DNA of 63,598 bases, counting the filler, from Nemertoderma westbladi (Eukaryota > Animalia > Xenacoelomorpha): the NCBI GenBank assembly GCA_032718475.1. It is 3 parts of 3 records of this genome, joined end to end, with 100 filler letters (N's around TTAATTAATTAA, not from the genome) between each part and the next. Parts side by side here need not be neighbours in the genome. Positions count along the whole stretch, not along the records: positions 30,784 to 58,123 come from JAUCBJ010005341.1; 2 more parts are not named here. The stretch is one strand, 5' to 3'. The position numbers and the translations under genes were made by a program. The notes beneath the pieces were generated by a model, which was not told the DNA's origin, did no database searches, and saw nothing but the letters and a program-made list of their open reading frames with translations. Shown here one piece after another: positions 33,701-49,200 of the stretch; position 1 is the stretch's first letter; the number at the start of each line of letters is the position of its first letter.

Positions 33701-36700
33701 AGTAAGAGAGTAGAGGGTATGGTATATAGGTATACCATAGTAGCAGTAGTAGGGTACATAGTACCGTTGGAGTTAGAAGTTGTGGGCACTGAGAGCGCCA
33801 CATAGTAAGAGAGTAGAGGGTATGGTATATATGTATACCATAGTAGCAGTAGCAGGGTACATAGTACCGTTGGAGTTAGAAGTTGTGGGCACTGAGAGCG
33901 CCACATAGTAAGAGAGTAGAGGGTATGGTATATAGGTATACCATAGTAGCAGTAGTAGGGTACATAGTACCGTTGGAGTCAGAAGTTGTGTGCATTGAGA
34001 GCGCCACATAGTAAGAGAGTAGAGTATGGTATATAGGTATACCATAGTAGCAGTAGTAGGGTACATAGTACCGTGGGAGTCAGAAGTTGTGGGCATTGAG
34101 AGCGCCACATAGTAAGAGAGTAGAGGGTATGGTATATAGGTATACCATAGTAGCAGTAGTAGGGTACATAGTACCATAAGAGTTAGAAGTTGTGGGCATT
34201 GAGAGCGCCACGTAGTAAGAGAGTAGAGGGTATGGTATATAGGTATACCATAGTAGCAGTAGTAGGGTACATAGTACCATAAGAGTTAGAAGTTGTGGGC
34301 ACTGAGAGCGCCACATAGTAAGAGAGTAGAGGGTATGGTATATAGGTATACCATAGTAGCAGTAGTAGGGTACATAGTACCGTTGGAGTCAGAAGTTGTG
34401 GGCAGCGAGAGCGCCACGTAGTAAGAGAGTAGAGGGTATGGTATATAGGTATACCATAGTAGCAGTAGTAGGGTACATAGTACCATAAGAGTTAGAAGTT
34501 GTGGGCAGCGAGAGCGCCACGTAGTAAGAGAGTAGAGGGTATGGTATATAGGTATACCATAGTAGCAGTAGTAGGGTACATAGTACCATAAGAGTTAGAA
34601 GTTGTGGGCACTGAGGGCGCCACGTAGTAAGAGAGTAGAGGGTATGGTATATAGGTATACCATAGTAGCAGTAGTAGGGTACATAGTACCGTAAGAGTTA
34701 GAAATTGTGGGCATTGAGAGCGCCACGTAGTAAGAGAGTAGAGGGTATGGTATATAGGTATACCATAGTAGCAGTAGTAGGGTACATAGTACCGTAAGAG
34801 TTAGAAATTGTGGGCATTGAGAGCGCCACGTAGTAAGAGAGTAGAGGGTATGGTATATAGGTATACCATAGTAGCAGTAGTAGGGTACATAGTACCGTTG
34901 GAGTCAGAAGTTGTGGGCATTGAGAGCGCCACGTAGTAAGAGAGTAGAGGGTATGGTATATAGGTATACCATAGGAATAGTAGTAGGATACGTAGTACCA
35001 TAAGAGTTAGAAGTTGTGGGCATTGAGAGCGCCACGTAGTAAGAGAGTAGAGGGTATGGTATATAGGTATACCATAAGTAGCAGTAGTAGGGTACATAGT
35101 ACCGTTGGAGTCAGAAGTTGTGGGCATTGAGAGCGCCACGTAGTAAGAGAGTAGAGGGTATGGTATATAGGTATACCATAGTAGCAGTAGTAGGGTACAT
35201 AGTACCATAAGAGTTAGAAGTTGTGGGCAGCGAGAGCGCCACATAGTAAGAGAGTAGAGGGTATGGTATATAGGTATACCATAGTAGCAGTAGTAGGGTA
35301 CATAGTACCATAAGAGTTAGAAGTTGTGGGCAGCGAGAGCGCCACGTAGTAAGAGAGTAGAGGGTATGGTATATAGGTATACCATAGTAGCAGTAGTAGG
35401 GTACATAGTACCGTTGGAGTCAGAAGTTGTGGGCATTGAGAGCGCCACGTAGTAAGAGAGTAGAGGGTATGGTATATAGGTATACCATAGTAGCAGTAGT
35501 AGGGTACATAGTACCGTTGGAGTCAGAAGTTGTGGGCAGCGAGAGCGCCACATAGTAAGAGAGTAGAGGGTATGGTATATAGGTATACCATAGTAGCAGT
35601 AGTAGGGTACATAGTACCATAAGAGTTAGAAGTTGTGGGCATTGAGAGCGCCACATAGTAAGAGAGTAGAGGGTATGGTATATAGGTATACCATAGTAGC
35701 AGTAGTAGGGTACATAGTACCATAAGAGTTAGAAGTTGTGGGCAGCGAGAGCGCCACGTAGTAAGAGAGTAGAGGGTATGGTATATAGGTATACCATAGT
35801 AGCAGTAGTAGGGTACATAGTACCATAAGAGTTAGAAGTTGTGGGCAGCGAGAGCGCCACATAGTAAGAGAGTAGAGGGTATGGTATATAGGTATACCAT
35901 AGTAGCAGTAGTAGGGTACATAGTACCATAAGAGTTAGAAGTTGTGGGCAGCGAGAGCGCCACATAGTAAGAGAGTAGAGGGTATGGTATATAGGTATAC
36001 CATAGTAGCAGTAGTAGGGTACATAGTACCGTTGGAGTCAGAAGTTGTGGGCAGCGAGAGCGCCACGTAGTAAGAGAGTAGAGGGTATGGTATATAGGTA
36101 TACCATAGTAGCAGTAGTAGGGTACATAGTACCATAAGAGTTAGAAGTTGTGGGCATTGAGAGCGCCACGTAGTAAGAGAGTAGAGGGTATGGTATATAG
36201 GTATACCATAGTAGCAGTAGTAGGGTACATAGTACCATAAGAGTTAGAAGTTGTGGGCATTGAGAGCGCCACGTAGTAAGAGAGTAGAGGGTATGGTATA
36301 TAGGTATACCATAGTAGCAGTAGTAGGGTACATAGTACCGTTGGAGTCAGAAGTTGTGGGCAGCGAGAGCGCCACGTAGTAAGAGAGTAGAGGGTATGGT
36401 ATATAGGTATACCATAGTAGCAGTAGTAGGGTACATAGTACCATAAGAGTTAGAAGTTGTGGGCAGCGAGAGCGCCACGTAGTAAGAGAGTAGAGGGTAT
36501 GGTATATAGGTATACCATAGTAGCAGTAGTAGGGTACATAGTACCGTTGGAGTCAGAAGTTGTGGGCAGCGAGAGCGCCACGTAGTAAGAGAGTAGAGGG
36601 TATGGTATATAGGTATACCATAGTAGCAGTAGTAGGGTACATAGTACCATAAGAGTTAGAAGTTGTGGGCACTGAGAGCGCCACGTAGTAAGAGAGTAGA

Positions 36701-39700
36701 GGGTATGGTATATAGGTATACCATAGTAGCAGTAGTAGGGTACATAGTACCGTAAGAGTTAGAAATTGTGGGCATTGAGAGCGCCACGTAGTAAGAGAGT
36801 AGAGGGTATGGTATATAGGTATACCATAGTAGCAGTAGTAGGGTACATAGTACCGTTGGAGTTAGAAGTTGTGGGCACTGAGAGCGCCACATAGTAAGAG
36901 AGTAGAGGGTATGGTATATAGGTATACCATAGTAGCAGTAGTAGGGTACATAGTACTATAAGAGTTAGAAGTTGTGGGCAGCGAGAGCGCCACATAGTAA
37001 GAGAGTAGAGGGTATGGTATATAGGTATACCATAGTAGCAGTAGTAGGGTACATAGTACCATAAGAGTTAGAAGTTGTGGGCAGCGAGAGCGCCACGTAG
37101 TAAGAGAGTAGAGGGTATGGTATATAGGTATACCATAGTAGCAGTAGTAGGGTACATAGTACCGTTGGAGTCAGAAGTTGTGGGCATTGAGAGCGCCACG
37201 TAGTAAGAGAGTAGAGGGTATGGTATATAGGTATACCATAGTAGCAGTAGTAGGGTACATAGTACCGTTGGAGTCAGAAGTTGTGGGCAGCGAGAGCGCC
37301 ACATAGTAAGAGAGTAGAGGGTATGGTATATAGGTATACCATAGTAGCAGTAGTAGGGTACATAGTACCATAAGAGTTAGAAATTGTGGGCATTGAGAGC
37401 GCCACATAGTAAGAGAGTAGAGGGTATGGTATATAGGTATACCATAGTAGCAGTAGTAGGGTACATAGTACCATAAGAGTTAGAAGTTGTGGGCATTGAG
37501 AGCGCCACATAGTAAGAGAGTAGAGGGTATGGTATATAGGTATACCATAGTAGCAGTAGTAGGGTACATAGTACCGTTGGAGTTAGAAGTTGTGGGCACT
37601 GAGAGCGCCACATAGTAAGAGAGTAGAGGGTATGGTATATAGGTATACCATAGTAGCAGTAGCAGGGTACATAGTACCGTTGGAGTTAGAAGTTGTGGGC
37701 ACTGAGAGCGCCACATAGTAAGAGAGTAGAGGGTATGGTATATAGGTATACCATAGTAGCAGTAGTAGGGTACATAGTACCGTTGGAGTCAGAAGTTGTG
37801 TGCATTGAGAGCGCCACATAGTAAGAGAGTAGAGTATGGTATATAGGTATACCATAGTAGCAGTAGTAGGGTACATAGTACCGTGGGAGTCAGAAGTTGT
37901 GGGCATTGAGAGCGCCACATAGTAAGAGAGTAGAGGGTATGGTATATAGGTATACCATAGTAGCAGTAGTAGGGTACATAGTACCGTTGGAGTCAGAAGT
38001 TGTGTGCATTGAGAGCGCCACATAGTAAGAGAGTAGAGTATGGTATATAGGTATACCATAAGTAGCAGTAGTAGGGTACATAGTACCGTTGGAGTCAGAA
38101 GTTGTGGGCATTGAGAGCGCCACATAGTAAGAGAGTAGAGGGTATGGTATATAGGTATACCATAGTAGCAGTAGTAGGGTACATAGTACCATAAGAGTTA
38201 GAAGTTGTGGGCAGCGAGAGCGCCACATAGTAAGAGAGTAGAGGGTATGGTATATAGGTATACCATAGTAGCAGTAGTAGGGTACATAGTACCATAAGAG
38301 TTAGAAGTTGTGGGCATTGAGAGCGCCACATAGTAAGAGAGTAGAGGGTATGGTATATAGGTATACCATAGTAGCAGTAGTAGGGTACATAGTACCATAA
38401 GAGTTAGAAGTTGTGGGCATTGAGAGCGCCACATAGTAAGAGAGTAGAGGGTATGGTATATAGGTATACCATAGTAGCAGTAGTAGGGTACATAGTACCG
38501 TTGGAGTCAGAAGTTGTGGGCATTGAGAGCGCCACATAGTAAGAGAGTAGAGGGTATGGTATATAGGTATACCATAGTAGCAGTAGTAGGGTACATAGTA
38601 CCATAAGAGTTAGAAGTTGTGGGCATTGAGAGCGCCACATAGTAAGAGAGTAGAGGGTATGGTATATAGGTATACCATAGTAGCAGTAGTAGGGTACATA
38701 GTACCATAAGAGTTAGAAGTTGTGGGCATTGAGAGCGCCACATAGTAAGAGAGTAGAGGGTATGGTATATAGGTATACCATAGTAGCAGTAGTAGGGTAC
38801 ATAGTACCGTTGGAGTCAGAAGTTGTGGGCATTGAGAGCGCCACATAGTAAGAGAGTAGAGGGTATGGTATATAGGTATACCATAGTAGCAGTAGTAGGG
38901 TACATAGTACCATAAGAGTTAGAAGTTGTGGGCATTGAGAGCGCCACGTAGTAAGAGAGTAGAGGGTATGGTATATAGGTATACCATAGTAGCAGTAGTA
39001 GGGTACATAGTACCGTTGGAGTCAGAAGTTGTGGGCATTGAGAGCGCCACATAGTAAGAGAGTAGAGGGTATGGTATATAGGTATACCATAGTAGCAGTA
39101 GTAGGGTACATAGTACCGTTGGAGTTAGAAGTTGTGGGCACTGAGAGCGCCACATAGTAAGAGAGTAGAGGGTATGGTATATAGGTATACCATAGTAGCA
39201 GTAGTAGGGTACATAGTACCATAAGAGTTAGAAGTTGTGGGCAGCGAGAGCGCCACGTAGTAAGAGAGTAGAGGGTATGGTATATAGGTATACCATAGTA
39301 GCAGTAGTAGGGTACATAGTACCGTTGGAGTCAGAAGTTGTGGGCATTGAGAGCGCCACGTAGTAAGAGAGTAGAGGGTATGGTATATAGGTATACCATA
39401 GTAGCAGTAGTAGGGTACATAGTACCGTTGGAGTCAGAAGTTGTGGGCAGCGAGAGCGCCACATAGTAAGAGAGTAGAGGGTATGGTATATAGGTATACC
39501 ATAGTAGCAGTAGTAGGGTACATAGTACCATAAGAGTTAGAAGTTGTGGGCATTGAGAGCGCCACATAGTAAGAGAGTAGAGGGTATGGTATATAGGTAT
39601 ACCATAGTAGCAGTAGTAGGGTACATAGTACCATAAGAGTTAGAAGTTGTGGGCATTGAGAGCGCCACATAGTAAGAGAGTAGAGGGTATGGTATATAGG

Positions 39701-42498
39701 TATACCATAGTAGCAGTAGTAGGGTACATAGTACCGTTGGAGTTAGAAGTTGTGGGCACTGAGAGCGCCACATAGTAAGAGAGTAGAGGGTATGGTATAT
39801 AGGTATACCATAGTAGCAGTAGCAGGGTACATAGTACCGTTGGAGTTAGAAGTTGTGGGCACTGAGAGCGCCACATAGTAAGAGAGTAGAGGGTATTGTA
39901 TATAGGTATACCATAGTAGCAGTAGTAGGGTACATAGTACCGTTGGAGTCAGAAGTTGTGTGCATTGAGAGCGCCACATAGTAAGAGAGTAGAGTATGGT
40001 ATATAGGTATACCATAGTAGCAGTAGTAGGGTACATAGTACCGTGGGAGTCAGAAGTTGTGGGCATTGAGAGCGCCACATAGTAAGAGAGTAGAGGGTAT
40101 GGTATATAGGTATACCATAGTAGCAGTAGTAGGGTACATAGTACCGTTGGAGTCAGAAGTTGTGTGCATTGAGAGCGCCACATAGTAAGAGAGTAGAGTA
40201 TGGTATATAGGTATACCATAAGTAGCAGTAGTAGGGTACATAGTACCGTTGGAGTCAGAAGTTGTGGGCATTGAGAGCGCCACATAGTAAGAGAGTAGAG
40301 GGTATGGTATATAGGTATACCATAGTAGCAGTAGTAGGGTACATAGTACCGTTGGAGTCAGAAGTTGTGTGCATTGAGAGCGCCACATAGTAAGAGAGTA
40401 GAGGGTATGGTATATAGGTATACCATAGTAGCAGTAGTAGGGTACATAGTACCGTTGGAGTCAGAAGTTGTGTGCATTGAGAGCGCCACATAGTAAGAGA
40501 GTAGAGTATGGTATATAGGTATACCATAGTAGCAGTAGTAGGGTACATAGTACCGTTGGAGTCAGAAGTTGTGGGCATTGAGAGCGCCACGTAGTAAGAG
40601 AGTAGAGGGTATGGTATATAGGTATACCATAGTAGCAGTAGTAGGGTACATAGTACCGTTGGAGTCAGAAGTTGTGGGCAGCGAGAGCGCCACATAGTAA
40701 GAGAGTAGAGGGTATGGTATATAGGTATACCATAGTAGCAGTAGTAGGGTACATAGTACCATAAGAGTTAGAAGTTGTGGGCATTGAGAGCGCCACATAG
40801 TAAGAGAGTAGAGGGTATGGTATATAGGTATACCATAGTAGCAGTAGTAGGGTACATAGTACCATAAGAGTTAGAAGTTGTGGGCATTGAGAGCGCCACA
40901 TAGTAAGAGAGTAGAGGGTATGGTATATAGGTATACCATAGTAGCAGTAGTAGGGTACATAGTACCGTTGGAGTTAGAAGTTGTGGGCACTGAGAGCGCC
41001 ACATAGTAAGAGAGTAGAGGGTATGGTATATAGGTATACCATAGTAGCAGTAGTAGGGTACATAGTACCGTTGGAGTCAGAAGTTGTGGGCATTGAGAGC
41101 GCCACATAGTAAGAGAGTAGAGGGTATGGTATATAGGTATACCATAGTAGCAGTAGTAGGGTACATAGTACCGTTGGAGTTAGAAGTTGTGGGCACTGAG
41201 AGCGCCACATAGTAAGAGAGTAGAGGGTATGGTATATAGGTATACCATAGTAGCAGTAGTAGGGTACATAGTACTATAAGAGTTAGAAGTTGTGGGCAGC
41301 GAGAGCGCCACATAGTAAGAGAGTAGAGGGTATGGTATATAGGTATACCATAGTAGCAGTAGTAGGGTACATAGTACCATAAGAGTTAGAAGTTGTGGGC
41401 AGCGAGAGCGCCACGTAGTAAGAGAGTAGAGGGTATGGTATATAGGTATACCATAGTAGCAGTAGTAGGGTACATAGTACCGTTGGAGTCAGAAGTTGTG
41501 GGCATTGAGAGCGCCACGTAGTAAGAGAGTAGAGGGTATGGTATATAGGTATACCATAGTAGCAGTAGTAGGGTACATAGTACCGTTGGAGTCAGAAGTT
41601 GTGGGCAGCGAGAGCGCCACATAGTAAGAGAGTAGAGGGTATGGTATATAGGTATACCATAGTAGCAGTAGTAGGGTACATAGTACCACAAGAGTTAGAA
41701 GTTGTGGGCATTGAGAGCGCCACATAGTAAGAGAGTAGAGGGTATGGTATATAGGTATACCATAGTAGCAGTAGTAGGGTACATAGTACCATAAGAGTTA
41801 GAAGTTGTGGGCATTGAGAGCGCCACATAGTAAGAGAGTAGAGGGTATGGTATATAGGTATACCATAGTAGCAGTAGTAGGGTACATAGTACCGTTGGAG
41901 TTAGAAGTTGTGGGCACTGAGAGCGCCACATAGTAAGAGAGTAGAGGGTATGGTATATAGGTATACCATAGTAGCAGTAGCAGGGTACATAGTACCGTTG
42001 GAGTTAGAAGTTGTGGGCACTGAGAGCGCCACATAGTAAGAGAGTAGAGGGTATGGTATATAGGTATACCATAGTAGCAGTAGTAGGGTACATAGTACCG
42101 TTGGAGTCAAAAGTTGTGTGCATTGAGAGCGCCACATAGTAAGAGAGTAGAGTATGGTATATAGGTATACCATAGTAGCAGTAGTAGGGTACATAGTACC
42201 GTGGGAGTCAGAAGTTGTGGGCATTGAGAGCGCCACATAGTAAGAGAGTAGAGGGTATGGTATATAGGTATACCATAGTAGCAGTAGTAGGGTACATAGT
42301 ACCGTTGGAGTCAGAAGTTGTGTGCATTGAGAGCGCCACATAGTAAGAGAGTAGAGTATGGTATATAGGTATACCATAAGTAGCAGTAGTAGGGTACATA
42401 GTACCGTTGGAGTCAGAAGTTGTGGGCATTGAGAGCGCCACATAGTAAGAGAGTAGAGGGTATGGTATATAGGTATACCATAGTAGCAGTAGTAGGGT
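30784..42498 (+). repeat. 103-bp satellite array, left arm (~114 units)
   Basis: Unit AGTTAGAAGTTGTGGGCACTGAGAGCGCCACATAGTAAGAGAGTAGAGGGTATGGTATATAGGTATACCATAGTAGCAGTAGTAGGGTACATAGTACCGTTGG; 103-nt periodicity of the ORF track. Confidence 0.97.
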
Positions 42499-43250
42499 AA
42501 GAACATCTAAGAACCCAGCATACACAACAATACACCCTCCGATAAGTTTATGCGCTCGCACGCAGACCCCCAGCGATACTCCCTCCTACCAACAACAACA
42601 GTACTAGTATCAACTCAATAAACCATCCCTACTCCTCTCCACTAACCCATCCCACAACAAATCCCCCCACAACTGACACCCAGGTACCAGAACCCTACCT
42701 GAACTCGACTACCATAATCACCAACTCACTCTCAATGCTGCTCCATGCACCCAACCAGACACCCACCGTTACTCATGACCCTCAACCTACTCAAAGTGAA
42801 ACCTCATACCATACCCTCCTACACTCATAACTATGGCGCTCACAATGCCCACAACTCTGACACCCACGTACCAAGTACCCTACACAATGCTACTAAGGTA
42901 TACCTCATACCCCATACACACTACTTACTATGTGGCTCCACATGCCCACACTTAATGCCTCCCACGGTACAATGTACCCTACACTGCTACTATGGTATAC
43001 CTAAACACCATACCCTCTACCACTAACTACTTAGCCAGTGCCCACACCCAAGCCCACTACACTCCCCCGGTACTAGTCCTGCTACAGTATACCTATGTAC
43101 CAATACCCTCTACTCATCCACTATGTGGCGCTCTCCGATCCCCCAACTACAACCCACGGTACTAATACCCTACTACAGCTACTATGGTAAACCTATATAC
43201 CATACCCTCTACCTCTCTTACTATGTGGCCGACTCTCAATGCCCACAACT
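42499..43250. other. Degenerate A/C-rich turn between the inverted satellite arms
   Basis: Scrambled sequence that converges gradually on the reverse-complement satellite unit. Confidence 0.8.
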
Positions 43251-46200
43251 TCTAACTCTTATGGTACTATGTACCCTACTACTGCTACTATGGTATACCT
43301 ATATACCATACCCTCTACTCTCTTACTATGTGGCGCTCTCAATGCCCACAACTTCTAACTCTTGTGGTACTATGTACCCTACTACTGCTACTATGGTATA
43401 CCTATATACCATACCCTCTACTCTCTTACTATGTGGCGCTCTCGCTGCCCACAACTTCTGACTCCAACGGTACTATGTACCCTACTACTGCTACTATGGT
43501 ATACCTATATACCATACCCTCTACTCTCTTACTACGTGGCGCTCTCAATGCCCACAACTTCTGACTCCAACGGTACTATGTACCCTACTACTGCTACTAT
43601 GGTATACCTATATACCATACCCTCTACTCTCTTACTACGTGGCGCTCTCGCTGCCCACAACTTCTAACTCTTATGGTACTATGTACCCTACTACTGCTAC
43701 TATGGTATACCTATATACCATACCCTCTACTCTCTTACTATGTGGCGCTCTCGCTGCCCACAACTTCTAACTCTTATAGTACTATGTACCCTACTACTGC
43801 TACTATGGTATACCTATATACCATACCCTCTACTCTCTTACTATGTGGCGCTCTCAGTGCCCACAACTTCTAACTCCAACGGTACTATGTACCCTACTAC
43901 TGCTACTATGGTATACCTATATACCATACCCTCTACTCTCTTACTATGTGGCGCTCTCAATGCCCACAACTTCTGACTCCAACGGTACTATGTACCCTAC
44001 TACTGCTACTATGGTATACCTATATACCATACCCTCTACTCTCTTACTATGTGGCGCTCTCAGTGCCCACAACTTCTAACTCCAACGGTACTATGTACCC
44101 TACTACTGCTACTATGGTATACCTATATACCATACCCTCTACTCTCTTACTATGTGGCGCTCTCAATGCCCACAACTTCTAACTCTTATGGTACTATGTA
44201 CCCTACTACTGCTACTATGGTATACCTATATACCATACCCTCTACTCTCTTACTATGTGGCGCTCTCAATGCCCACAACTTCTAACTCTTATGGTACTAT
44301 GTACCCTACTACTGCTACTATGGTATACCTATATACCATACCCTCTACTCTCTTACTATGTGGCGCTCTCGCTGCCCACAACTTCTGACTCCAACGGTAC
44401 TATGTACCCTACTACTGCTACTATGGTATACCTATATACCATACCCTCTACTCTCTTACTACGTGGCGCTCTCAATGCCCACAACTTCTGACTCCAACGG
44501 TACTATGTACCCTACTACTGCTACTATGGTATACCTATATACCATACTCTACTCTCTTACTATGTGGCGCTCTCAATGCACACAACTTCTGACTCCAACG
44601 GTACTATGTACCCTACTACTGCTACTATGGTATACCTATATACCATACCCTCTACTCTCTTACTATGTGGCGCTCTCAATGCACACAACTTCTGACTCCA
44701 ACGGTACTATGTACCCTACTACTGCTACTATGGTATACCTATATACCATACCCTCTACTCTCTTACTATGTGGCGCTCTCAATGCCCACAACTTCTGACT
44801 CCAACGGTACTATGTACCCTACTACTGCTACTTATGGTATACCTATATACCATACTCTACTCTCTTACTATGTGGCGCTCTCAATGCACACAACTTCTGA
44901 CTCCAACGGTACTATGTACCCTACTACTGCTACTATGGTATACCTATATACCATACCCTCTACTCTCTTACTATGTGGCGCTCTCAATGCCCACAACTTC
45001 TGACTCCCACGGTACTATGTACCCTACTACTGCTACTATGGTATACCTATATACCATACTCTACTCTCTTACTATGTGGCGCTCTCAATGCACACAACTT
45101 CTGACTCCAACGGTACTATGTACCCTACTACTGCTACTATGGTATACCTATATACAATACCCTCTACTCTCTTACTATGTGGCGCTCTCAGTGCCCACAA
45201 CTTCTAACTCCAACGGTACTATGTACCCTGCTACTGCTACTATGGTATACCTATATACCATACCCTCTACTCTCTTACTATGTGGCGCTCTCAGTGCCCA
45301 CAACTTCTAACTCCAACGGTACTATGTACCCTACTACTGCTACTATGGTATACCTATATACCATACCCTCTACTCTCTTACTATGTGGCGCTCTCAATGC
45401 CCACAACTTCTAACTCTTATGGTACTATGTACCCTACTACTGCTACTATGGTATACCTATATACCATACCCTCTACTCTCTTACTATGTGGCGCTCTCAA
45501 TGCCCACAACTTCTAACTCTTATGGTACTATGTACCCTACTACTGCTACTATGGTATACCTATATACCATACCCTCTACTCTCTTACTATGTGGCGCTCT
45601 CGCTGCCCACAACTTCTGACTCCAACGGTACTATGTACCCTACTACTGCTACTATGGTATACCTATATACCATACCCTCTACTCTCTTACTACGTGGCGC
45701 TCTCAATGCCCACAACTTCTGACTCCAACGGTACTATGTACCCTACTACTGCTACTATGGTATACCTATATACCATACCCTCTACTCTCTTACTACGTGG
45801 CGCTCTCGCTGCCCACAACTTCTAACTCTTATGGTACTATGTACCCTACTACTGCTACTATGGTATACCTATATACCATACCCTCTACTCTCTTACTATG
45901 TGGCGCTCTCAGTGCCCACAACTTCTAACTCCAACGGTACTATGTACCCTACTACTGCTACTATGGTATACCTATATACCATACCCTCTACTCTCTTACT
46001 ATGTGGCGCTCTCAATGCCCACAACTTCTGACTCCAACGGTACTATGTACCCTACTACTGCTACTATGGTATACCTATATACCATACCCTCTACTCTCTT
46101 ACTACGTGGCGCTCTCAATGCCCACAACTTCTAACTCTTATGGTACTATGTACCCTACTACTGCTACTATGGTATACCTATATACCATACCCTCTACTCT

Positions 46201-49200
46201 CTTACTATGTGGCGCTCTCAATGCCCACAACTTCTGACTCCAACGGTACTATGTACCCTACTACTGCTACTATGGTATACCTATATACCATACCCTCTAC
46301 TCTCTTACTATGTGGCGCTCTCAATGCCCACAACTTCTAACTCTTATGGTACTATGTACCCTACTACTGCTACTATGGTATACCTATATACCATACCCTC
46401 TACTCTCTTACTATGTGGCGCTCTCAATGCCCACAACTTCTAACTCTTATGGTACTATGTACCCTACTACTGCTACTATGGTATACCTATATACCATACC
46501 CTCTACTCTCTTACTATGTGGCGCTCTCAATGCCCACAACTTCTGACTCCAACGGTACTATGTACCCTACTACTGCTACTATGGTATACCTATATACCAT
46601 ACCCTCTACTCTCTTACTATGTGGCGCTCTCAATGCCCACAACTTCTAACTCTTATGGTACTATGTACCCTACTACTGCTACTATGGTATACCTATATAC
46701 CATACCCTCTACTCTCTTACTATGTGGCGCTCTCAATGCCCACAACTTCTAACTCTTATGGTACTATGTACCCTACTACTGCTACTATGGTATACCTATA
46801 TACCATACCCTCTACTCTCTTACTATGTGGCGCTCTCGCTGCCCACAACTTCTAACTCTTATGGTACTATGTACCCTACTACTGCTACTATGGTATACCT
46901 ATATACCATACCCTCTACTCTCTTACTATGTGGCGCTCTCAATGCCCACAACTTCTGACTCCAACGGTACTATGTACCCTACTACTGCTACTTATGGTAT
47001 ACCTATATACCATACTCTACTCTCTTACTATGTGGCGCTCTCAATGCACACAACTTCTGACTCCAACGGTACTATGTACCCTACTACTGCTACTATGGTA
47101 TACCTATATACCATACCCTCTACTCTCTTACTATGTGGCGCTCTCAATGCCCACAACTTCTGACTCCCACGGTACTATGTACCCTACTACTGCTACTATG
47201 GTATACCTATATACCATACTCTACTCTCTTACTATGTGGCGCTCTCAATGCACACAACTTCTGACTCCAACGGTACTATGTACCCTACTACTGCTACTAT
47301 GGTATACCTATATACCATACCCTCTACTCTCTTACTATGTGGCGCTCTCAGTGCCCACAACTTCTAACTCCAACGGTACTATGTACCCTGCTACTGCTAC
47401 TATGGTATACCTATATACCATACCCTCTACTCTCTTACTATGTGGCGCTCTCAGTGCCCACAACTTCTAACTCCAACGGTACTATGTACCCTACTACTGC
47501 TACTATGGTATACCTATATACCATACCCTCTACTCTCTTACTATGTGGCGCTCTCAATGCCCACAACTTCTAACTCTTATGGTACTATGTACCCTACTAC
47601 TGCTACTATGGTATACCTATATACCATACCCTCTACTCTCTTACTATGTGGCGCTCTCAATGCCCACAATTTCTAACTCTTATGGTACTATGTACCCTAC
47701 TACTGCTACTATGGTATACCTATATACCATACCCTCTACTCTCTTACTATGTGGCGCTCTCGCTGCCCACAACTTCTGACTCCAACGGTACTATGTACCC
47801 TACTACTGCTACTATGGTATACCTATATACCATACCCTCTACTCTCTTACTACGTGGCGCTCTCAATGCCCACAACTTCTGACTCCAACGGTACTATGTA
47901 CCCTACTACTGCTACTATGGTATACCTATATACCATACCCTCTACTCTCTTACTACGTGGCGCTCTCGCTGCCCACAACTTCTAACTCTTATGGTACTAT
48001 GTACCCTACTACTGCTACTATGGTATACCTATATACCATACCCTCTACTCTCTTACTATGTGGCGCTCTCGCTGCCCACAACTTCTAACTCTTATAGTAC
48101 TATGTACCCTACTACTGCTACTATGGTATACCTATATACCATACCCTCTACTCTCTTACTATGTGGCGCTCTCAGTGCCCACAACTTCTAACTCCAACGG
48201 TACTATGTACCCTACTACTGCTACTATGGTATACCTATATACCATACCCTCTACTCTCTTACTACGTGGCGCTCTCAATGCCCACAATTTCTAACTCTTA
48301 CGGTACTATGTACCCTACTACTGCTACTATGGTATACCTATATACCATACCCTCTACTCTCTTACTACGTGGCGCTCTCAGTGCCCACAACTTCTAACTC
48401 TTATGGTACTATGTACCCTACTACTGCTACTATGGTATACCTATATACCATACCCTCTACTCTCTTACTACGTGGCGCTCTCGCTGCCCACAACTTCTGA
48501 CTCCAACGGTACTATGTACCCTACTACTGCTACTATGGTATACCTATATACCATACCCTCTACTCTCTTACTACGTGGCGCTCTCGCTGCCCACAACTTC
48601 TAACTCTTATGGTACTATGTACCCTACTACTGCTACTATGGTATACCTATATACCATACCCTCTACTCTCTTACTACGTGGCGCTCTCGCTGCCCACAAC
48701 TTCTGACTCCAACGGTACTATGTACCCTACTACTGCTACTATGGTATACCTATATACCATACCCTCTACTCTCTTACTACGTGGCGCTCTCAATGCCCAC
48801 AACTTCTAACTCTTATGGTACTATGTACCCTACTACTGCTACTATGGTATACCTATATACCATACCCTCTACTCTCTTACTACGTGGCGCTCTCAATGCC
48901 CACAACTTCTAACTCTTATGGTACTATGTACCCTACTACTGCTACTATGGTATACCTATATACCATACCCTCTACTCTCTTACTACGTGGCGCTCTCGCT
49001 GCCCACAACTTCTGACTCCAACGGTACTATGTACCCTACTACTGCTACTATGGTATACCTATATACCATACCCTCTACTCTCTTACTATGTGGCGCTCTC
49101 GCTGCCCACAACTTCTAACTCTTATGGTACTATGTACCCTACTACTGCTACTATGGTATACCTATATACCATACCCTCTACTCTCTTACTATGTGGCGCT

